A stretch of DNA of 64,000 bases from Solirubrobacteraceae bacterium (GTDB lineage: Bacteria > Actinomycetota > Thermoleophilia > Solirubrobacterales > Solirubrobacteraceae). The DNA lies in the NCBI GenBank assembly GCA_035508515.1, contig DATJMW010000013.1:45772-109771 (forward strand), in the 5' to 3' direction. Each line of letters begins with the position of its first letter. The first letter of the stretch is position 1. Positions 13,497-22,768 of the stretch are shown piece after piece. The notes under the pieces are model-generated. The model was given only the letters and a program-made list of their open reading frames with translations, ran no database searches and was not told the DNA's origin. The position numbers and the translations under genes are program-made.

Positions 13497-14122
13497 GAGT
13501 CGCTGGAACAAACGAGCGCAGGGTCGGGCCGTGGACGCGCCTGTTGCTGTGGATCGGCCGCCGCGAAACGAAGAAGCTGACCGGCTGCGAGACGACGACC
13601 GCGATGATCGAGCCGGCGCAGGCGTTCTCGCACACGCCGGGGCTGCTGATCGGCTACGGCGTGTTCGAGGGGATGGTCGCGAGAGCGCACCGCGTGCCCG
13701 AGCGCCTGAAGGTACTCGCCGAGCTGAAGGCGGCGGCCTTCACGCACTGTCGATGGTGCATCGACATCGGCTCGCCGATCGCCTACCGCGCCGGCGTCAG
13801 CGAGGCGCAGCTGCTGGCGCTCCCCCACCACCGCGACAGCGACGAGTTCTCAGAGCTGGAGAAGCTCGTGATCGACTACGCGGCCGGCATCAGCAGCACG
13901 CCGGTGAGCGTCTCCGACGAGCTGTTCGCGGCGCTGCGCGAGCACTTCGACGACGCCCAGCTCGTCGAGCTGACGAACGTGATCGCGGTCGAGAACATGC
14001 GCGGGCGCTTCAACCTCGCGCTGGGCATCGGCGCGACGGGCTTCAGCGAGGGGATGGTCTGCGTCGTGCCCGAGACAGCGGGCCGCGACGAGACGCCGTC
14101 CCCCAACGCGATCGCGGCGTGA
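13493..14122 (+). CDS. Carboxymuconolactone decarboxylase / AhpD-like protein
   Basis: ELKAAAFTHCRWCIDI (CxxC), FDDAQLVELTNVIAVENMRGRFN. Confidence 0.85.
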   Translation: MRVAGTNERRVGPWTRLLLWIGRRETKKLTGCETTTAMIEPAQAFSHTPGLLIGYGVFEGMVARAHRVPERLKVLAELKAAAFTHCRWCIDIGSPIAYRAGVSEAQLLALPHHRDSDEFSELEKLVIDYAAGISSTPVSVSDELFAALREHFDDAQLVELTNVIAVENMRGRFNLALGIGATGFSEGMVCVVPETAGRDETPSPNAIAA

Positions 14123-15057
14123 GGGTCTTCCTCGCGGGCGCCACCGGCGTGATCGGGCGCCGGCTCGTGCCGCTGCTGCGCGCCGAAGGGCACGAGGTGG
14201 TCGGGATGACGCGCTCGGCCGAGCGCAGCGAGCGGCTGCGCGCGGCGGGCGCGGAGCCGGTGGTGGCGGACGCCTTCGACGCGCCCGCGCTCGCGAGGGC
14301 CGTCGCGGAGGCGCGGCCGGACGCGATGATCCACCAGCTCACCTCGATCCCGGCGCGGATCGACCCCCGCAAGATGGAGCGCGACTTCGCCACGAACGAC
14401 CGCCTGCGCAGCGAGGGCACCGCGAACCTCGTGGCGGCGGCGAAGGCCGCCGGCGTGCAGCGCCTGATCGCACAGAGCGTCGCCTTCTTCTACGCGCCCG
14501 GCCCGCCGGGCACGGTGCATGGCGAGGACGACCCGCTGCTCGACCCCGAGCGGGCGCCGAAGCCCGTCCAGCGCTCGGCGGGCGCCCTCGGGACGCTCGA
14601 GCGGGCGGTGCTCGACGCCGGCGGCACCGTGCTCCGCTACGGCTACTTCTACGGCCCGGGCAGCGCGATCGCGCGCGACGGCTCGACCGGCGAGGAAGTC
14701 GCCAGGCGGAGGCTGCCGGTCGTCGGCTCGGGCGCGGGGGTGTGGTCGTTCATCCACGTCGACGACGCCGCCGCGGCGACGGTCGCAGCGCTCGACGCGG
14801 GCAAGCCTGGCGTGTTCAACGTCGTCGACGACGAGCCCGCGCGCGTCGCCGACTGGATTCCCGCGCTGGCACAGGCGCTCGGCGCGGGCAGGCCGATGAA
14901 AGTCCCGGCGTGGCTCGCGCGGCCGCTCGCGGGCAGCTACGGCGTGGCGATCATGACCGAAGCGCAGGGAGCCTCGAACGCCCGCGCCAAGCGCGAGCTG
15001 GGCTGGAGCCCGAAGCACGCCGACTGGCGCGAGGGCTTTCGCACCGCGCTCGGCTGA
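14119..15057 (+). CDS. NAD-dependent epimerase/dehydratase (extended SDR)
   Basis: VFLAGATGVIGRRL, LRYGYFYGPG, SFIHVDDAA. GTG start overlaps the upstream stop. Confidence 0.88.
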   Translation: MRVFLAGATGVIGRRLVPLLRAEGHEVVGMTRSAERSERLRAAGAEPVVADAFDAPALARAVAEARPDAMIHQLTSIPARIDPRKMERDFATNDRLRSEGTANLVAAAKAAGVQRLIAQSVAFFYAPGPPGTVHGEDDPLLDPERAPKPVQRSAGALGTLERAVLDAGGTVLRYGYFYGPGSAIARDGSTGEEVARRRLPVVGSGAGVWSFIHVDDAAAATVAALDAGKPGVFNVVDDEPARVADWIPALAQALGAGRPMKVPAWLARPLAGSYGVAIMTEAQGASNARAKRELGWSPKHADWREGFRTALG

Positions 15058-15061
15058 GGCG

Positions 15062-15505
15062 CTACTTGCGCACGACGAGCACGACGCCCGCAAGCAGCAG
15101 CACGAGGCCGAGCACGCGCTGCACGCCGACGTGCTGCTTGGCGACGCCGAGCAGCCCGAAGCGATCGATCGCCACGGAGATCGCGAGCTGGCCGGTGATC
15201 ACGACCGCGGTCAGCCCGCTCGCGCCGAGCGTGCGCACCGCTTCCAGCGCCACGAACACGTAGACCGCGCCGAGCAGGCCGCCGACCAGCGCCCACCACG
15301 GCACCTGGCCGATGCGACCCCAGCTGCCGAGCCCGCCGCGCAGCACGAACGTCAGCGAGACGAGCGCCACGGTCCCGGCCAGGAACGAGAAGCTCGCGGC
15401 CTGCACGCCGCCGACGGTCTTGCCCAGGCGCGAGTTGATCGGCGCCTGCATGCCGACGAGGCACCCGGCGCCGACGCCGACGAGCACCGCGACCGTCTTG
15501 CTCAC
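15062..15505 (-). CDS. DMT family (YdcZ-like) transporter
   Basis: GMQAPINSRL, WWALVGGLLGAVYV, GQLAISVAIDRFGLLG. Confidence 0.85.
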   Translation of the reverse strand: MSKTVAVLVGVGAGCLVGMQAPINSRLGKTVGGVQAASFSFLAGTVALVSLTFVLRGGLGSWGRIGQVPWWALVGGLLGAVYVFVALEAVRTLGASGLTAVVITGQLAISVAIDRFGLLGVAKQHVGVQRVLGLVLLLAGVVLVVRK

Positions 15506-18150
15506 TTCGCCTCCAGCCAGTTCTGCCCGACCCCGGCCTCGACGGCGAGCGGCGGCTCGCGCTCCCACACGCCGCACATCTCGCGCTCGATCAAATCGCC
15601 GGCCCGCTTCGCCTCGCCGGGCGGTCCTTCGAACAGCAGCTCGTCGTGGATCGTCAGCAGCAGGCGCGTCTGCATCCCCGACTCGGCCAGCGCCGCGTGG
15701 CAGCGGATCATCGCCAGCTTGATGATGTCGGCGGCGGTGCCCTGGATCACGGTGTTGACCGCGAGCCGCTCGCCCAGCGTGCGCACCTGGTAGTTGCGCG
15801 CCTGCAGCTCCGGGATCTGGCGCCGGCGGCCCCACAGCGTCGTGACGTAGCCGCGCTCCTTCGCGGACTCGATCGTCTCGGCGATGAACGCCGCCACCCG
15901 CGGGAAGCGGGTCAGGTAGGCGTCGATGAACTCCTTCGCCTCCTCGCGGGGGATGTTCAGCCGGTCGGCGAGCCCGAAGTCCGAGAGCCCGTAGACGATC
16001 CCGTAGTTGATCATCTTCGACTTCGAGCGCATCCCCGGGTCGATCGCATCGGGGGCGACCTGGAAGACCTGCGAGGCCGTCGCCGTGTGGACGTCTTCGC
16101 CGCGCTCGAAGATCTCCATCAGGACCGGCTCCTCCGCGACGTTCGCGAGCACCCGCAGCTCGATCTGCGAGTAGTCCGCCGAGATCAGCACCTGGCCCTC
16201 GTCGGCCTCGAAGCAGCCGCGGATCTCGCGCCCGAGCGGCGTGCGGATCGGCACGTTCATCATGTTCGGGTTCGTGCTCGCCAGGCGCCCCGTCTGCGCG
16301 CCGGCCTGCAGGAACGTGGTGTGGATCCGCGAGCGCCCGTCGACCTGGCTGGGGAGCGCGTCGAGGTAGGTCTTCGCCAGCGTCGAGAGCTCGCGCCAGC
16401 GCTCGATCTTGGGGATGATCTCGTGCTCGGTGCGGATCGCCTGCAGCACGCGCGCGTCGGTCGAGTAGCCGGTCTTGCCGCGGCGCTTGCGCGACAGCCC
16501 CAGCTTCTCGAACAGGATCTGTCCCAGCTGCTGGGGCGAGCCGATCGTGAACTCCTCTTCGGCCAGCAGGAAGATGTCCTCTTCCAGGCCCGTCAGCTCC
16601 TCGCGCACGCGCCCGGTGATCTCAGCGAGCCGGTCGAGATTCAGGCGCACGCCCAGCAGCTCCATCTCGCGCAGCACCGGAACCAGCGGCAGCTCGACGT
16701 CGCGCATCACGCCCTCCAGGCCGCGCTCGGCGATCTGCTCACGCTGCCAGGCCGCGAGCGCGTGCAGCATCACGGCGTCGGCGGCGAGCGGGTCGTCGAG
16801 GTCGCTGGCGAGCCCGCGCTCTTCGCACAGCTCGGCGAGCGGGAATTTGCGCCGCGCCGGCTCGAGCAGGAAGGCGCCGAGCAGCGTGTCGTGCGTCAAC
16901 CCCGGCGGGACGAGCCCCAGCGCCTTCGCGTCGTGCGCGATCACCGGCCGCTCGCCTGCGGCGGCGGCGACTTCGTCCGGCGACTGGCAGTCCCCCGCGA
17001 TCGCCTCCTCCCCCACCGCGGCGGCGAAGCGCCACGGCGGGCCGTCCGCGAACAGCTCGCCCTCCGGCGCCTCGGTCTCGCGCGCGACGAGCGCCAGCTC
17101 GTCCTCCGCCCCACCCAGCTTCGCAACGTCCTGCGGCTTGCCGTCACGGACGCGCCCGCCGAGCTTCACCTCCGCCGCGGGCGCCGGGGCAGCGACCTCG
17201 GGGTCGCCCAGCGCTTCCTCCAGGCGCCGCAGCGGGTCGCGCAACTCGAACTCGCGGAACACCTCGCGCACGCGCGAGCGGTCGGGCTCGCGCGTGGACT
17301 CGGCGGCGACGTCGATCTGCACCTCGACGTCGCGCTGCACGGTCGCGAGCTGCTTCGAGACCCGTGCGTCCTCCGCGTGCTCGGTCAGGTTCTGTTTGCG
17401 CTTCGCGCCTTTGATGTCATCGACGTGCGACAGCACGTCCTCTAGAGATCCATACGTCTGAATCAGATCGCTCGCGGTCTTGTCGCCGATCCCCGGGATT
17501 CCGGGGATGTTGTCGGAGGTGTCGCCCTTCAGGCCGTAGAAGTCGGGGATCAGCTCGGGCGGGATGCCGTAGCGGTCGATCACCGCCTGGCGGTCGTAGA
17601 TCTTCGTCTCGGTGATCCCGCGCGCGGTCGCCATCACCTTCACGAGGCCGTCCTCGTCGATCAGCTGGAAGACGTCGCGGTCGCCGGTGACGATCATCAC
17701 CGGCACCGGCGGGTCCGCCTGGCTGGCGCGGGCCGCCAGCGAGGCGATCACGTCGTCGGCCTCGTAGCCCTCGACCTTGACGTTGGCGTAGCCGAACGCC
17801 TCCACGAGCGGTTCCATCGCGGGCCACTGCTGCTTGAGCAGATCGGGGCGCGAGCGGCGCTGGGCCTTGTACTCGGAGTAGACCTCCGTGCGCCCGGAGG
17901 TGCCCGCGTCCCAGGCGACGACCGTTGGCTGCACGCCGTAGTCGGTGACGATCTTCACCAGCATCGAGGCGAAGCCGAAGATCGCGTTCGTCGGCACGCC
18001 CGTCGAGGTCGCGATCGACTCCGGCAGCGCGAAGAAGGCGCGGTAGACGAGGCTCGGGCCGTCGATCAGGAACAGGCGCCGCTCCGCCCCCTGGCCGGCG
18101 CCCGTGGGGGCGCCCGTCCGGGACTTCGCGGTCGTGCTCGCGGCGGCCAT
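15502..18150 (-). CDS. polA: DNA polymerase I
   Basis: 5'-3' exonuclease (LIDGPSLVYRAF, EADDVI, GDTSDNIPG) and polymerase motifs (ADYSQIELR, KMINYGIVYG, IHDEL). Confidence 0.97.
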   Translation of the reverse strand: MAAASTTAKSRTGAPTGAGQGAERRLFLIDGPSLVYRAFFALPESIATSTGVPTNAIFGFASMLVKIVTDYGVQPTVVAWDAGTSGRTEVYSEYKAQRRSRPDLLKQQWPAMEPLVEAFGYANVKVEGYEADDVIASLAARASQADPPVPVMIVTGDRDVFQLIDEDGLVKVMATARGITETKIYDRQAVIDRYGIPPELIPDFYGLKGDTSDNIPGIPGIGDKTASDLIQTYGSLEDVLSHVDDIKGAKRKQNLTEHAEDARVSKQLATVQRDVEVQIDVAAESTREPDRSRVREVFREFELRDPLRRLEEALGDPEVAAPAPAAEVKLGGRVRDGKPQDVAKLGGAEDELALVARETEAPEGELFADGPPWRFAAAVGEEAIAGDCQSPDEVAAAAGERPVIAHDAKALGLVPPGLTHDTLLGAFLLEPARRKFPLAELCEERGLASDLDDPLAADAVMLHALAAWQREQIAERGLEGVMRDVELPLVPVLREMELLGVRLNLDRLAEITGRVREELTGLEEDIFLLAEEEFTIGSPQQLGQILFEKLGLSRKRRGKTGYSTDARVLQAIRTEHEIIPKIERWRELSTLAKTYLDALPSQVDGRSRIHTTFLQAGAQTGRLASTNPNMMNVPIRTPLGREIRGCFEADEGQVLISADYSQIELRVLANVAEEPVLMEIFERGEDVHTATASQVFQVAPDAIDPGMRSKSKMINYGIVYGLSDFGLADRLNIPREEAKEFIDAYLTRFPRVAAFIAETIESAKERGYVTTLWGRRRQIPELQARNYQVRTLGERLAVNTVIQGTAADIIKLAMIRCHAALAESGMQTRLLLTIHDELLFEGPPGEAKRAGDLIEREMCGVWEREPPLAVEAGVGQNWLEAK

Positions 18151-18239
18151 GCGAGGCCCACTCTATGAGAGCGGCGCAGCGGCGTCCCGCCGCTTGGCCC
18201 TAACATGCCCTGCCGCCCGAATACCTAGGAGAAAGCTCA

Positions 18240-19718
18240 GTGAGCGCAACGACCAGCGCGCAGTACCGCCTTACGATCCGCGTCCGCATCGAGGACGCCC
18301 AGGGGACGCTCGGCCTCTTGACCGGCGCGATCGGCGACGCCGGCGGGATGGTCGGCGCCGTGGACCTGGTCGAGGTCGACGGCTCGCACAGCCTGCGCGA
18401 CATCGTCGTCGACGCCTCCAGCCAGGACCACTGGGAGCAGATCCTCGCGGCGATGCGCGCGCTGGAGGGCGTCGAGGTGATCGACACGACCGACCGCACC
18501 TTCCAGATGCACGTCGGCGGCAAGATCGAACAGCACAACAAGCACCCGCTGAAGACGCGCGACGACCTCTCGATGGCCTACACGCCCGGCGTCGCCCGCG
18601 TCTGCACCGCGATCGCCGAGGACGAGGAAAAGGCCTTCCAGTACACGATCAAGCGCAACACGGTCGCCGTCGTCTCCGACGGCACCGCGGTGCTGGGTCT
18701 CGGCGACATCGGCCCGCGCGCCGCGATGCCCGTGATGGAGGGCAAGTGCTGCCTGTTCAAGGAGTTCGCCGGCGTCGACGCCTTCCCGATCTGCCTCGAC
18801 ACCACCGACCCCGAGGAGATCGTGCAGAACGTCAAGCTGATCTCGCCGGCGTTCGGCGGCATCAACCTCGAGGACATCTCCGCGCCGCGCTGCTTTCAGA
18901 TCGAGGACCGGCTGAAGGCCGAGCTCGACATCCCCGTGTTCCACGACGACCAGCACGGCACCGCGGTCGTCGTGATGGCGGCGCTGCTGAACGCCGTGAA
19001 GCTCACCGGCAAGCGGATCGAGGACCTCAACGTGCTGATCATCGGCCTGGGCGCCGCGGGCATCGCCGTCACGAAGATCCTCCAGGCGGGCGGGGTGAAA
19101 AACATCGTCGGCGCCGACTCCAAGGGCGCGCTGCACGTCCAGCGCGAGGACTACCTGAACGGCTCGATGAGCGACATCAAGAAATGGTTCGCCGAGCAGA
19201 CGAACCCCGACTGCCGCGCGGGCACGCCCGCAGAGGTGATCGACGGCGAGGACCTGCTGATCGGCCTCTCCGGCGCGCGCGCGATGCCCGCGGAGGCGTT
19301 GGCGCGGATGAACGACGACGCGATGGTGTTCGCGATGGCGAACCCCAACCCCGAGGTCACACCCGAGGACGCCGCGAAGTACGCGCGGATCGTCGCCACC
19401 GGCCGCTCGGACTACCCGAACCAGATCAACAACGTGCTCTGCTTCCCCGGCGTGTTCCGCGGCGCGCTCGACGTGCGCGCCCCCGAGATCACCGAGGAGA
19501 TGAAGATGGCCGCGGCGCACGCGATCGCCGACACCGTCGACGAGTCCGAACTGCGCGAGGACTACATCATCCCCTCCGTCTTCAACCGCGACGTCGCACC
19601 CGCGGTCGCGAAGGCCGTCGCCGACGAGGCGCGCGCCACCGGCGCCGCGCGCGCGGGCAGCGAGCTGGGCTTCGCCCAGGGCGACACGCTCGCCCCCGGC
19701 GCGCCCGTGGCGCAATGA
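18240..19718 (+). CDS. NAD(P)-dependent malic enzyme with N-terminal ACT domain
   Basis: [56 protein letters not shown]. Confidence 0.95.
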   Translation: MSATTSAQYRLTIRVRIEDAQGTLGLLTGAIGDAGGMVGAVDLVEVDGSHSLRDIVVDASSQDHWEQILAAMRALEGVEVIDTTDRTFQMHVGGKIEQHNKHPLKTRDDLSMAYTPGVARVCTAIAEDEEKAFQYTIKRNTVAVVSDGTAVLGLGDIGPRAAMPVMEGKCCLFKEFAGVDAFPICLDTTDPEEIVQNVKLISPAFGGINLEDISAPRCFQIEDRLKAELDIPVFHDDQHGTAVVVMAALLNAVKLTGKRIEDLNVLIIGLGAAGIAVTKILQAGGVKNIVGADSKGALHVQREDYLNGSMSDIKKWFAEQTNPDCRAGTPAEVIDGEDLLIGLSGARAMPAEALARMNDDAMVFAMANPNPEVTPEDAAKYARIVATGRSDYPNQINNVLCFPGVFRGALDVRAPEITEEMKMAAAHAIADTVDESELREDYIIPSVFNRDVAPAVAKAVADEARATGAARAGSELGFAQGDTLAPGAPVAQ

Positions 19719-20656
19719 GCACGAGCGCCGCGCGCGTCACGGTCACGGGGGCCACCGGCCTGATCGGCCCCCCGCTCGTGGCCGCGCTACAGGACGCGGG
19801 CGCCGAGGTGTCCGTGCTCACGCGCGACCCCGAGCGCGCGCGCAAGCGCCTGGCGCGCGAGGGCCACGAGGACGTCGAGGCGTTCGCCTGGGACCTGATG
19901 GGCGAACCGGCGCCCGCGCAGGCGCTCGACGGGCGCGACGCGGTCCTGCACCTCGCCGGCGAGAACATCGCCCAGCGCTGGAACGAGCGCGCCAAGCGCG
20001 CGATCCGCGAGAGCCGCGTCACCGGCACGCGCAACCTGCTCGCCGGCATGCACGAGGCGGGACGGGCGCCGCGCGCGCTGATCAGCTCCTCCGGCGTCGG
20101 CTACTACGGCGCCCACGGCGAAGAGCCGCTCGACGAGGAGGCGCCGCCCGGGCGCGACTTCCTCGCGCAGGTCTGCGTCGAGTGGGAGTCCGAGGCGCAC
20201 AAGGCCGAGGGGCTGGGGGCACGTGTGGCCTGCGTGCGCACCGGCGTCGTGCTGCACCGCGACGGCGGCGCGCTGGAGAAGATGCTGCCGCCGTTCCAGC
20301 TCGGCGTCGGCGGCCCCGTGGCCGGCGGGCGCCAGTACATCTCCTGGATCCACCGCGAGGACCTCGTCGGCATCTTCCTCGCCGCCGCGGGCGACGAGCG
20401 CTGGCGCGGCGCCGTCAACGCCACGGCCCCCACCCCCGCGAGCAACCGCGACTTCTCGCGCGCGCTGGGGCGGGCGCTGCACCGCCCGGCGCTGCTGCCG
20501 GTGCCGGGCGCGGCGCTGCGGCTGCTCTACGGCGAGATGGCCGAGATCGTCACCGAAGGCGCGCGCGTCGTGCCCGCGAAGGCGCTGGTGCTCGGCTACG
20601 AGTTCGCCCACCCCGAGCTGGGCGAGGCGCTCAGCTCGGCGCTGCGGCGCGGCTGA
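19715..20656 (+). CDS. TIGR01777-type epimerase family oxidoreductase (YfcH-like)
   Basis: VTGATGLIG, HLAGENIAQRWN, GGRQYISWIHREDL. C-terminal part of ORF 18104..20656. Confidence 0.88.
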   Translation: MSTSAARVTVTGATGLIGPPLVAALQDAGAEVSVLTRDPERARKRLAREGHEDVEAFAWDLMGEPAPAQALDGRDAVLHLAGENIAQRWNERAKRAIRESRVTGTRNLLAGMHEAGRAPRALISSSGVGYYGAHGEEPLDEEAPPGRDFLAQVCVEWESEAHKAEGLGARVACVRTGVVLHRDGGALEKMLPPFQLGVGGPVAGGRQYISWIHREDLVGIFLAAAGDERWRGAVNATAPTPASNRDFSRALGRALHRPALLPVPGAALRLLYGEMAEIVTEGARVVPAKALVLGYEFAHPELGEALSSALRRG

Positions 20657-22646
20657 CGGGCTTCGCGGCGGGCGCGCCGCCGCCCGCCCCGTCCGCGCGC
20701 GAGGCCGCGGAGGCCCCCGGCACGCCGTCGCGCAGCTCGCGCGTCGCGCGGTTCTCGGTCTCGACGATCACGCGGCAGGGCCGCCTGCCGAGCAGATAGG
20801 CCGCCGTCGGGCCGATCCCCTGCTCGCCCGCGGGCGCGTGGATCGTGGACCAGTAGATCACGTCGGCGCCGACCTTCTCGGCCTCCTGCACGAGCGCCGC
20901 GCCGGGGTTGCGCGTGCGGATCAGCGCCGTGTGGATCTTGATCTGGGCGCGCCGCGCCTGGATGCGAGCGCTCTCCAGCACCGAGCGCCCGTGGGCTTCC
21001 TCCTCCTCCATGCCGGCGTCCAGGGAAAGCTGGTTCGGCACCGGCAGCACGAAGATCGCGTAGACGACGCCGTCTTCGCCGATCAGCTTCGCGGCGCTGT
21101 GCAGCGCGCTGGCGCTGACGTCCGCGCCGAAGATCGGCACGAGCGCGGTGGAGTACTCGAACGCCTCGAAGTCCGCCGGCCGCGCGGCGCGCTCGATCTT
21201 GTAGGACTTCAGCGGGTCGAGGCCCTGGCGGCGGCGATAGAAGTAGTAGCCCGCCATGCCCACGACCATCCAGGGGATGCCGACGACGCGGGCCTCCGCG
21301 TGGAAGACCACGACCGCGACCCACGCCGCGGCGGTGCCGATCCCGCCGAGCACCGCGCTCAGCGGGATGTCCGCGCCGTGGATGCGCAGGTTCCCAGGCA
21401 TCCGGTAGGGCCGCTCGCGGTCGGGGTCCTTGACGCGCAGCGCGATCACCGCGACGTGCGCGGTCGTGAACGACAGCATCGCCCCGAACGAGTAGAGGTT
21501 GCCGAGCACTTCGGTGTCGCCGTAGAGGATCAGCACGCCCGCGAGGCCGCTGAAGAACACGAGCGTGAACCAGGGCGTGCGGAAGCGCGAGTGCAGCCGC
21601 GAGAAGATGCTCGGGAGCTGGCGGTGCTCCGACAGCGACCAGGACAGCCGCGAGATGCCGATCATGCCGGCGTTCGTGGCGATGAACAGGATCGTCGCCG
21701 CGAGCACGCCGACGTAGTACTGGGCGATGTGCAGCACCGTGCCGTGCAGGCCCAGGCGCGAGATGATCCCCAGTACGGGGTCGTTCTGGAAGAAGCCCCC
21801 GAGCGCCGTGGCGTGGCCGGGCGTGGAGAAGTGTTCGTGCAGCTGCGGGCTGTAGCCGATGCCGTGGTGGACGACGGGCAGCGCCGACAGCGCGACGACC
21901 GAGATGCCCGCGTAGACGCCCAGCACGGCCAGCACCACGAGGTTGACGGCCTTCGGCACCTGGCGCCCGGGGTCGCGCGACTCCTCCGCCATGTTGGCGA
22001 CCGTCTCGATGCCGGTGTAGGCGAGCATCGCCAGCGACAGCGCGAAGATCAGTTCGCCCCAGCTGGGGACGCTGCCGAGGTGCACCTGGTGGATCAGGAG
22101 GTGCGGGCTCAGCACGAGCACGGCGCCGACGACCACGAGCAGCACCTGCGTGCTGAGGTCGGCGATCGCGAGGATGAAGTTGAGCTTCGCCGACTCGCCG
22201 AGGCCGCGGATGTTCAGCGCCGCCAGCACGCCGACGACGACCAGCCCGCCGACGATGTCGTCGGGGTTGTGGTTCAGCGCGTGCAGCCCCGGGAACGCGC
22301 TCAGGTAGTGCGGCACGAAGAACGCCGAGATCGCGATCGTGAGGATGTAGTCGAGGCTCAGCGCCCAGCCCGCGAAGAACGAGACGACATCGTTGAAGGC
22401 ATGGCGCGCGAACGAGGATGAGCCGCCGGCTTCGGGGAACATCGACGCCCCCTCCGCGTAGGTTTTCGCCGTCAGCGCGAACAGCCCGCCCGCGAACAGG
22501 AAGACCAGCGGCGTCAGCCCCAGCGCGTGCGCCGCGACGAGCCCGAGCGCGTAGTAGATCGAGGAGCCGACGTTGCCGTAGGCGGTCGCGAACAGGCCCG
22601 ACACGCCGACCGAGCGGCGCAGACCGTGCTCTGTCAGGCGTGCCAT
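20631..22646 (-). CDS. APC family amino acid permease with C-terminal USP domain (paralog 1)
   Basis: AYGNVGSSIYY, YAEGASMFPEAGGSSSFAR, YTGIETVANMAEE, C-terminal USP fold ending RPCRVIV. Confidence 0.9.
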   Translation of the reverse strand: MARLTEHGLRRSVGVSGLFATAYGNVGSSIYYALGLVAAHALGLTPLVFLFAGGLFALTAKTYAEGASMFPEAGGSSSFARHAFNDVVSFFAGWALSLDYILTIAISAFFVPHYLSAFPGLHALNHNPDDIVGGLVVVGVLAALNIRGLGESAKLNFILAIADLSTQVLLVVVGAVLVLSPHLLIHQVHLGSVPSWGELIFALSLAMLAYTGIETVANMAEESRDPGRQVPKAVNLVVLAVLGVYAGISVVALSALPVVHHGIGYSPQLHEHFSTPGHATALGGFFQNDPVLGIISRLGLHGTVLHIAQYYVGVLAATILFIATNAGMIGISRLSWSLSEHRQLPSIFSRLHSRFRTPWFTLVFFSGLAGVLILYGDTEVLGNLYSFGAMLSFTTAHVAVIALRVKDPDRERPYRMPGNLRIHGADIPLSAVLGGIGTAAAWVAVVVFHAEARVVGIPWMVVGMAGYYFYRRRQGLDPLKSYKIERAARPADFEAFEYSTALVPIFGADVSASALHSAAKLIGEDGVVYAIFVLPVPNQLSLDAGMEEEEAHGRSVLESARIQARRAQIKIHTALIRTRNPGAALVQEAEKVGADVIYWSTIHAPAGEQGIGPTAAYLLGRRPCRVIVETENRATRELRDGVPGASAASRADGAGGGAPAAKPVSRAAAPS

Positions 22647-22679
22647 CCCAGCGTCAAGCTAGGTATGCGGGCATTACGC

Positions 22680-22725
22680 CCGCATGACGATCGCCACGCG
22701 GGACATAACGATTTCGTTACGGCCG
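22680..22725. other. Hairpin/palindrome cluster between the APC paralogs
   Basis: ATGCGGGC-ATTAC-GCCCGCAT near 22668-22688 and TAACGA-TT-TCGTTA near 22706-22719 (positions approximate). Confidence 0.3.
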
Positions 22726-22768
22726 CCGCGGCGGGCGCCCGCGGTGCCCCGGAAGGCCCGGCGGCGCG

